64,000 nucleotides of DNA from Anaerolineae bacterium (GTDB taxonomy: Bacteria; Chloroflexota; Anaerolineae; B4-G1; SLSP01), in NCBI GenBank assembly GCA_016931185.1, contig JAFGFI010000143.1, positions 5,987 to 69,986 on the forward strand. The letters are read 5' to 3'. Shown piece by piece: positions 57,320-64,000 of the stretch; the first letter of the stretch is position 1; the number at the start of each line of letters is the position of its first letter. The translations under genes and the position numbers were made by a program. The notes under the pieces are model-generated. The model saw only the letters and a program-made list of their open reading frames with translations, did no database searches and was not told the origin of the DNA.

Positions 57320-57513
57320 GATTCTCTAACGATTGCACATTTAAAAATATGATGTATGATGAGTAGGGCGTTTCGTGTTGTAAGGTAACCTCAAATCTAA
57401 GATTAGGCCCGAGAGGAGGTGAACATTCTAACCATACTTTTTGGTCTCCCGTATGTGACAGGTATGTCCCTAAGTCCAATTAACTTTTTTCATATTTAGG
57501 AGGAGTATATCTT

Positions 57514-58548
57514 ATGCGTAAGCAGCTTTTCATTGTGTTGATGGTGATGGTAATGGCGTTGTCTGCATGTGGCGGCGGTGGTGCTAGTGGGTTTAAGGTC
57601 GGTATGGTGACCGACATGGGGGGTATTGATGACAAATCTTTCAATGCTACCTCATGGCAGGGTGTTGAGCGCGCTATTTCAGAATTGAAGATCGAAGGGT
57701 CTTACCTCGAATCTCAGCAACAAACCGATTATGCGACCAATATTACCCAGTTTATTAACCAAGACACGAATTTGATCATCACGGTCGGCTATTTGCTGGC
57801 TGATGATACGGCCAAGTTTGCACAGGAAAATCCTGATGTGGACTTTGCGATTGTTGACTCTTCTTATGATCCGCCGATTGAAAATGTGCGTGGATTGACG
57901 TTCTCCATTGATCAAGCCGGATTCCTGGCCGGTTACGCGGCAGCAGCCTCTACCAAGACAGGCAAAGTGGCGACCTTCGGTGGTATCAACATTCCTTCCG
58001 TCGCAGCTTTTATGGTCGGCTATGAGCATGGTGTCAAGTACTACAACGATAAAAATGGGACCAGTGTTGAGGTCCTGGGTTGGAGTACGGCCGATAACAA
58101 CGGCGTGTTTGTGGGCAACTTTGAATCTACCGATGATGGTCGTCGTGTAGGTGAGGAATTCCTGGCTGAGGGCGCGGATATTATTATGCCGGTGGCCGGG
58201 CCTGTGGGTCTGGGAACTGCACAAGCGATCAAAGAGCATGGGGATGCCTGGGTCATTGGTGTAGATACCGACTGGACCGTCAGCGCTCCGGAGTACAAAG
58301 ATATTGTACTTACAAGTGTGCTCAAGAACATGGATACTGCGATCTTCGATACTATCAAGATGGCTTCTGCTAAAGATTTTGGCGGCTTCGGTGGTGAACT
58401 CTACATTGGCACGTTGGAAAATGGCGGGGTTGGTATTGCCAAAGTGAACAGTGGTGCGATCTCTGACAGCGATCTAGATGCGGTCAAGCAAGCTATAATC
58501 AAAGGTGAGGTGGATACCGGTTGGAGTGCTTACCTCAGTGGCCTCTAA
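57514..58548 (+). CDS. BMP-family (PnrA/Med-like) ABC substrate-binding lipoprotein
   Basis: Lipobox MALSACGGG, then VGMVTDMGGIDDKSFNATSWQG, typical of basic-membrane-protein nucleoside binders. Confidence 0.9.
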   Translation: MRKQLFIVLMVMVMALSACGGGGASGFKVGMVTDMGGIDDKSFNATSWQGVERAISELKIEGSYLESQQQTDYATNITQFINQDTNLIITVGYLLADDTAKFAQENPDVDFAIVDSSYDPPIENVRGLTFSIDQAGFLAGYAAAASTKTGKVATFGGINIPSVAAFMVGYEHGVKYYNDKNGTSVEVLGWSTADNNGVFVGNFESTDDGRRVGEEFLAEGADIIMPVAGPVGLGTAQAIKEHGDAWVIGVDTDWTVSAPEYKDIVLTSVLKNMDTAIFDTIKMASAKDFGGFGGELYIGTLENGGVGIAKVNSGAISDSDLDAVKQAIIKGEVDTGWSAYLSGL

Positions 58549-58560
58549 CTAACCCAATTC

Positions 58561-58677
58561 AATGGCGGGAAGAATGAGAATCTTCTTATTTACCCGCCAT
58601 TTTCGTCATTTGGATTTCTTCATCTGTGATGTAGGTAGGGAGTAAGGGGTCTGCACCTTCTTACTCCCTATGTTTTT
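58561..58677 (+). terminator. two stem-loops downstream of the BMP SBP gene
   Basis: Stem aatggcggg/cccgccatt (58561-58601) followed by TTCG, and stem tagggagtaag/cttactcccta (58636-58670) followed by TGTTTTT. Confidence 0.5.
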
Positions 58678-58850
58678 ATATCGTGAAACGGGAAATGTAA
58701 AGCGGCAAGTTGCGAGTTAAGGGTTAGGGGTTAAGAAGACTTTCGTGATTGACGCAAATGTCGCCGAGTAACATTGTAGGGGACTGTTTGCGCTTTACGT
58801 ATCTGTCTTAATTTACAATTCATCATTCACAGTTCGTGTAAGGAGGACGT

Positions 58851-60383
58851 ATGCCCCCTGTTCTGGAATTGAAAGGTATTACCAAACGTTTTCCGGGCGT
58901 GTTAGCTAACGATCATATTGATTTACAACTAGAAGAAGGCACGGTCCTGACGCTGTTGGGAGAGAATGGGGCCGGAAAAAGTACGTTGATGAATGTCCTC
59001 TATGGTCTCTATACACCCGATGAGGGCGAGATCGTTATCCGAGGTCGCAAGGTTGACATTACAGGCCCTAATGACGCGATAGCTCTGGGAATAGGCATGG
59101 TACACCAGCACTTTATGTTGGTGCCGGTGTTGACCGTGACTGAGAATGTGATGTTGGGTATGGAGTCTATCAAAAATGGTCTGTTCCTGGACCGTGATAC
59201 GGCTGCCCGCCGTCTTCAGGAGATCTCAGACCGGTATGGTTTGTCCGTTCCTCCTCACGCTGTGGTTGAGGATTTGCCGGTCGGAATTCAACAGCGGGTG
59301 GAGATTATCAAGTTACTTTATCGCAACGCCGATATCCTCATTTTAGATGAACCGACGGCCGTGCTTACGCCACAGGAAGTAGAGGGGCTTTTTGAAGTCA
59401 TCCGTTCTTTGGTTTCACAGGGCAAGTCGATCATTTTCATCTCCCACAAGCTTAAAGAGGTTTTGGAGATCTCCGACGCTATTGTGGTGTTGCGAGGGGG
59501 GCGGGTAGTAGGAACAACGACGCCAAAAGAAAGCGGTGAGCGCGTACTGGCCTCTATGATGGTGGGGCGAGAGGTGATCCTTACCGTTCCAAAAGGCCCC
59601 GCGCAGCCGGCGGAGACTATTTTGGATGTGCAAGACCTCTATGTCATGGGCGATCAGGGGACAATGGCGGTGGAGGGTATTTCTTTCCAGGTCCACGCGG
59701 GTGAAATTGTGGGAGTGGCCGGTGTCCAGGGAAATGGACAGACCGAATTGGTCGAGGCTTTAACGGGACTGCGTCCCACGATTGAGGGAACAATTCGCAT
59801 TGCGGGGCAGGATGTGACACATGCTTCTCCGCGTGTTATTACTGAAGCGGGGACGGCACATATCCCCGAAGATCGTCAACGCGATGGGTTGGTGCTTGGA
59901 TATCCAATTGCCGATAATATGATTCTCAATACTTACTATCTGGAGCCAACCGCGCAACGTGGCATCATGCAGGAAGAGATGATTGTCAGCCATGCCGAGC
60001 ATTTGGTCGCGGAATATGATGTGCGTACTCCTAGCATTTTTACTTCTGCGGGGAGTCTTTCCGGGGGTAACCAGCAAAAAGTAATCGTGGCACGCGAATT
60101 AAGTCGCCCGGTTAAGTTAACCATCGCCTCGCAACCGACGCGCGGTTTAGATGTAGGATCGATTGAATATATTCACTCGCAATTGGTCAAGAAGCGGGAT
60201 GCGGGGGCCGCGGTTTTTATAGTATCTGCAGAGTTGGATGAGGTGATGTCCCTGGCCGACCGGATTATGGTGATGTTTGATGGGCGTATTATGGGCATTC
60301 TCCCGGCAGAACAGACAACAAAAGAGGAACTGGGTCTGATGATGGCGGGTGTGAGTGCTGCTGCAAGTGCGATGCCATCATAA
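58851..60383 (+). CDS. ABC transporter ATP-binding protein with duplicated NBD (sugar/nucleoside type)
   Basis: Walker A GENGAGKST in the first NBD. Second NBD carries LSGGNQQK. 510 aa. Confidence 0.92.
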   Translation: MPPVLELKGITKRFPGVLANDHIDLQLEEGTVLTLLGENGAGKSTLMNVLYGLYTPDEGEIVIRGRKVDITGPNDAIALGIGMVHQHFMLVPVLTVTENVMLGMESIKNGLFLDRDTAARRLQEISDRYGLSVPPHAVVEDLPVGIQQRVEIIKLLYRNADILILDEPTAVLTPQEVEGLFEVIRSLVSQGKSIIFISHKLKEVLEISDAIVVLRGGRVVGTTTPKESGERVLASMMVGREVILTVPKGPAQPAETILDVQDLYVMGDQGTMAVEGISFQVHAGEIVGVAGVQGNGQTELVEALTGLRPTIEGTIRIAGQDVTHASPRVITEAGTAHIPEDRQRDGLVLGYPIADNMILNTYYLEPTAQRGIMQEEMIVSHAEHLVAEYDVRTPSIFTSAGSLSGGNQQKVIVARELSRPVKLTIASQPTRGLDVGSIEYIHSQLVKKRDAGAAVFIVSAELDEVMSLADRIMVMFDGRIMGILPAEQTTKEELGLMMAGVSAAASAMPS

Positions 60384-60486
60384 GGCAATGAAGGCAGAGT
60401 TATGAGAGATGAACTTTAGGAACGTTATTTATAGAAGTTATTTGTTCCTTGTCTCAATACATTGTTGTGTTTATTAAGGAGGTCGT

Positions 60487-61743
60487 ATGACAGACTCAAA
60501 AGAAACATCTCATTCCGAGGAACATTCAAAAAGTGGACTTAAGATTCCTAAATGGTTCCAGGGAGCCGGTGTACCCCTGCTCGCAATTTTAACGGCTTTG
60601 ATCATCGGAGGATTGGTGATTGTCTTCACGGATGCCTCAGTCTATGCTGCATTTGATGAGGGGTTTGCGGCCGGTGTTGTACGTATGTTCGCCGTTATCG
60701 GACAGGCCTATGGCTCGTTTTTCGTTGGAGCGTTTGGCAACCCGGTGCAGATTGTGACTGCGCTTGCCAGCGGCAATATGACCAAGATTATCCGCGCTAT
60801 TTACCCCATTACCGAGACCTTGCGCGTCGCCACCCCTTACATTTTTGCTGGACTGGCAGTTGCGGTGGGGTTTCGGGGAGGGTTGTTTAACATCGGCGCG
60901 GAAGGGCAGTATTTTATCGCCGGATTGACTACGGTTTTTGTTGGGTACAGTTTGAGTGGGTTGCCGTGGATTATTCACTTACCCCTGGCGGTGATTGCCG
61001 GGATGGTGGGGGGCGCGCTTTGGGGGGCAATCCCAGGCTACCTTAAGGGAAAGACCGGGGCGCACGAGGTTATCAATACCATTATGATGAATTATATTGC
61101 TTTCCGTTTCGCGGAATTTATGCTCGATGCTGGCGGTCCGATGAGCCGGGGGGATGGTCGTCCCGTGAGTCCTGAAATTGCCCCGTCGGCGTTCTTGCCC
61201 CAATTTTTCCCCAACAATAGCACGATCCGTCTGAATGTTGGTTTCTTTCTCGCTCTGGGTGTGGCGTGGTTTGTGTGGTGGTTGCTCTTTAAAACTACAT
61301 TGGGCTACGAGATCCGTACTGTGGGGCAGAATCCCCGCGCAGCGCGTTACGCGGGGATGAATGTGCCGCGTACGATTGTGATCACGATGGCGATTAGCGG
61401 TGCGTTGGCCGGATTATCTGCTGCTACCGACATCTTGGGGGTGTTGCACTTTATGCCCAATGCCTTTTCTTCTGGCTATGGGTTTGATGCAATTGCATTG
61501 GCTTTGTTGGGCAACAGTCACCCTTTGGGCGTTGTCCTTTCTTCATTGCTTTTCGGCGCATTACGAGCCGGGGCGCAGAATATGCAGGGGATTGCTAAAG
61601 TGCCCATTGATATTACCTCTATCTTGCAGGGAGTGATTATTATCTTTATTGCCGCACCGGAGATCATTCGCACGCTCTACCGTTTGCGCGAATTGAAGAA
61701 GGGCGAGGAGTTGGTACTTACTCGTGGCTGGGGGCAGATGTAG
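60487..61743 (+). CDS. ABC transporter permease (BMP-type system)
   Basis: RBS TAAGGAGG. Multi-span membrane protein with FNIGAEGQ and NPRAARYAGMNV motifs. Confidence 0.9.
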   Translation: MTDSKETSHSEEHSKSGLKIPKWFQGAGVPLLAILTALIIGGLVIVFTDASVYAAFDEGFAAGVVRMFAVIGQAYGSFFVGAFGNPVQIVTALASGNMTKIIRAIYPITETLRVATPYIFAGLAVAVGFRGGLFNIGAEGQYFIAGLTTVFVGYSLSGLPWIIHLPLAVIAGMVGGALWGAIPGYLKGKTGAHEVINTIMMNYIAFRFAEFMLDAGGPMSRGDGRPVSPEIAPSAFLPQFFPNNSTIRLNVGFFLALGVAWFVWWLLFKTTLGYEIRTVGQNPRAARYAGMNVPRTIVITMAISGALAGLSAATDILGVLHFMPNAFSSGYGFDAIALALLGNSHPLGVVLSSLLFGALRAGAQNMQGIAKVPIDITSILQGVIIIFIAAPEIIRTLYRLRELKKGEELVLTRGWGQM

Positions 61744-61755
61744 GAGGGGGATGAG

Positions 61756-63084
61756 ATGGCGATGAGAGATGAGAGACGCGAGAATGGGGAAGTGAGAAGT
61801 GAGAGGATAACTGCAGGGGGTACAGAAGCGCGTAGGCTAACGGCGCAATCTGGGATTTCGGATCGGCGGGCCAGGGTATTGGGAATTATCTTTATCGTTT
61901 TTGCTGTAGCAATCTTGGCGTTTTTCCTGCCGGGGACGTCATCCTCACAGCGGACCACATTTGCTTTTGATGTAACCAAAGGAGAAGCCCTTTCCGTTGG
62001 GAATTGGACGTTTTCGACGAGTGTCGCGCTATATTCGCTGGCCGTGTTAGCTGCTTTTGCCGGGGCCTGGCAACTGACCAGGGGTTTCAAACAGGTCTAT
62101 GTTGTGCTTGGTATTGTCGCCGGTCTATTTGTGGTGGCGTTCCTGGCCTGGGCCGCGCGTGATAAGTCTATGAATATCACGGGGATGTTGCAGTCTACAT
62201 TGCTGCGTTCAATTCCTATCACGTTGGCTGCATTGAGCGGCGTGATGTGCGAGCGGAGTGGAGTGGTCAATATCGGTATTGAGGGCATGATGCTGGCCGG
62301 CTGTTTCCTCGCCGCGTTGATTGGAAGTATCACCAACAGTATGTGGATGGGGTTATTGGGAGCGATGATCGGTGGCGGACTAATGGCGGCGTTGTTAGCA
62401 GTATTGGCGATTCGTTATAAGGTAGATCAAATCATTGCGGGCACGGCTATTAATATCCTGGCGACGGGGTTGACCAGTTACTTCAGTTCCCGTTATCTGC
62501 AATCCAATTCCGCGTTGAATAGTCCGCCAACTTTCCATTCGTTGCCGCTCCCCTTGCTTTCTAAAATTCCCCTGTTGGGGCCTGCCCTGTTCAACCACAC
62601 ATTACCGGTATATTTAACGTTGGTGTTGGTGGTCGTGATGCAGGTGATGCTTTACTTTACCCGTTGGGGTTTGCGTACCCGCGCCGTGGGTGAGCATCCG
62701 CGCGCGGCAGATACATTAGGCGTAGATGTCTTCAAAATACGCTATATCAATGTCATCCTCGGTGGGATGGTGGCGGGCTTGGGGGGAGCATATCTGGTGC
62801 TGAGTTCCGTGGCACGTTTTGATGAGTTGATGACGGCAGGCAAGGGCTTTATTGGCTTGGCTGCGATGATCTTTGGGAAATGGAATCCGGTAGGTGCATT
62901 GGGTGCATCCCTTATCTTTGGCTTCGCCGATTCTCTTCAGACTAAGCTGGCGATTATGAGCGTGCCTATCCCCTCGCAATTCTTGCTGATGGCCCCTTAT
63001 CTGGTGACGATGGTCGTCCTTGCGGGCGTTGTCGGCCAATCCCGCGCACCGGCGGCGGATGGGGAACCGTATGAAAAGGAGTGA
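61756..63084 (+). CDS. ABC transporter permease (BMP-type system)
   Basis: VNIGIEGMML and EHPRAADTLGVDV motifs. RBS GGAGGGGG. Charged N-terminal extension. Confidence 0.88.
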   Translation: MAMRDERRENGEVRSERITAGGTEARRLTAQSGISDRRARVLGIIFIVFAVAILAFFLPGTSSSQRTTFAFDVTKGEALSVGNWTFSTSVALYSLAVLAAFAGAWQLTRGFKQVYVVLGIVAGLFVVAFLAWAARDKSMNITGMLQSTLLRSIPITLAALSGVMCERSGVVNIGIEGMMLAGCFLAALIGSITNSMWMGLLGAMIGGGLMAALLAVLAIRYKVDQIIAGTAINILATGLTSYFSSRYLQSNSALNSPPTFHSLPLPLLSKIPLLGPALFNHTLPVYLTLVLVVVMQVMLYFTRWGLRTRAVGEHPRAADTLGVDVFKIRYINVILGGMVAGLGGAYLVLSSVARFDELMTAGKGFIGLAAMIFGKWNPVGALGASLIFGFADSLQTKLAIMSVPIPSQFLLMAPYLVTMVVLAGVVGQSRAPAADGEPYEKE

Positions 63085-63093
63085 TTGATGGAT

Positions 63094-63957
63094 TCATTTT
63101 CTGCCTGGTGGAGACCTATATGCCCAGAGTAATGAGGCTAGGACGCCGAGATCGAGCACGCCGCGCAGCCAAAGTGGGGGAAATAAGAACGTAAGCACAA
63201 GTAGCGTAATGACGGATGATACTCCGGCCACCAAAGGTTTTTTCCAATCTTTGCGATTGATAAATAGCACACCGGCGATTAGTCCCATAACCAGCGCAGC
63301 GATCCAGACGATAATTTCGCACGGTGTGGTGAGGACTGACGCCGGGCGGCCCTCGACCCGGCGTTTGACTGTATCCAAAGCTTTCTGTTCCATCACGACA
63401 TCTGGTATTTCGATGGCGAAAGTGACGGCCCGCGGCATAGCATCCTTATCAAAACTTTCTCGCACGACCAGGCGCGTGCGGGTATCATCCATCGGGAAAA
63501 GTCCAAAGGTGAAATTCCATACCGGTTTGCCCGTTTCATCGCTTGCCTGCCAACCGAACCATTGATTAGGTTCGATCACACTTACAAAGCTGGTGCAGAC
63601 ATTAGCCGCCATACAAATCGGATCCCCGACCGCCGTGTTCTGGTATTCGGGCAGGATTCGGTCCGCGGTGTGAATATCAAATCCAAGCAAGTTTTCCAAC
63701 CAGTCGTAGCTATACCATCCGCCGCGTCCTTGGCCCCATTGGAGCAACCAGGGCCAGATTTGTTCGGGGGTAGCCTGTATAGTGATGGCGCGCGTCCAGC
63801 GTGTTCCATTCAGATCACCCGGCATCGGGCGGGATACCTCTTCGGCGGTCGCGCCCCAACGTAGGTGAAAGAGACGGATGACCGAGTATCCCAGGCTCAG
63901 AATGAGCAGGACGATCCCCAACCCGCCAAAAAATCGTTTAAGTTTTGCCCGACCCAT
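63094..63957 (-). CDS. membrane-anchored SRPBCC-like protein
   Basis: RBS AAGGAGGGTG. N-terminal TM, then IQATPEQIWPWLLQWGQGRGGWYSYDWLENL, typical of SRPBCC/polyketide-cyclase-like folds. Two C-terminal TM spans. Confidence 0.6.
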   Translation of the reverse strand: MGRAKLKRFFGGLGIVLLILSLGYSVIRLFHLRWGATAEEVSRPMPGDLNGTRWTRAITIQATPEQIWPWLLQWGQGRGGWYSYDWLENLLGFDIHTADRILPEYQNTAVGDPICMAANVCTSFVSVIEPNQWFGWQASDETGKPVWNFTFGLFPMDDTRTRLVVRESFDKDAMPRAVTFAIEIPDVVMEQKALDTVKRRVEGRPASVLTTPCEIIVWIAALVMGLIAGVLFINRKDWKKPLVAGVSSVITLLVLTFLFPPLWLRGVLDLGVLASLLWAYRSPPGRK

Positions 63958-64000
63958 TACACCCTCCTTTCTGAGAGACTTTGAATGATTTAGTGTGTCA

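Noticed and set aside
1-64000. tRNA, rRNA, tmRNA, known riboswitches (purine/preQ1-type upstream of the BMP transporter, T-box, cobalamin upstream of the radical SAM genes)
   Set aside because: Visual scanning of the intergenic regions found no GTTCGAATC-type T-arm with matching acceptor stems. No conserved riboswitch cores were recognised. This is a weak negative, and a covariance-model scan (Infernal/Rfam, tRNAscan-SE) should confirm it.

Overview
This 64-kb bacterial chromosomal segment has about 47 supportable protein-coding genes. I found no rRNA, tRNA, CRISPR array, transposase or integrase. Spot counts of a few 60-nt lines give about 50-55% GC overall, with visibly AT-richer patches. 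The gene content is reminiscent of Chloroflexota-like bacteria, but that is only a guess. Gene content in order:
- (1) An arabinan or oligosaccharide utilisation locus: GH51 arabinofuranosidase, an 860-aa uncharacterised CAZyme-like protein, a LacI regulator and an Opp/Dpp-type ABC importer.
- (2) Two tandem paralogous B12-binding-type radical SAM genes, followed by a TPR / acidic linker / TM / 4x beta-helix surface protein.
- (3) Glutamate dehydrogenase.
- (4) A two-gene operon: an HTH-P-loop ATPase, then a glycine-zipper membrane domain fused to a paralogous ATPase.
- (5) A GH78-like gene and two response regulators.
- (6) A GH130-glnS-GHMP kinase operon with overlapping or abutting genes.
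- (7) A wHTH/DnaA-N-like protein, a sugar-acid dehydratase and a GH4 enzyme.
- (8) An AT-rich block with three tandem orphan OmpR-type regulators, a second GHMP kinase and a membrane protein.
- (9) Two convergent Opp-type units, one of which is an orphan permease pair.
- (10) An ECF sigma / anti-sigma pair.
- (11) rnc-clpC.
- (12) A BMP-family nucleoside-type ABC importer.

The intergenic regions are unusually long and dense with hairpins. They contain a MITE-like family with 15-bp terminal inverted repeats and copy-specific 8-bp flanking duplications, plus several other dispersed repeat families.

The best candidates for undescribed biology are:
- the HTH-ATPase / membrane-ATPase pair;
- the radical-SAM pair with an identical WWPIPPSW tail next to a TPR-anchored surface protein;
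- the MITE-like elements;
- the tandem orphan regulators in the AT-rich block.

All product calls come from motif and pattern recognition by eye. No database search was run.
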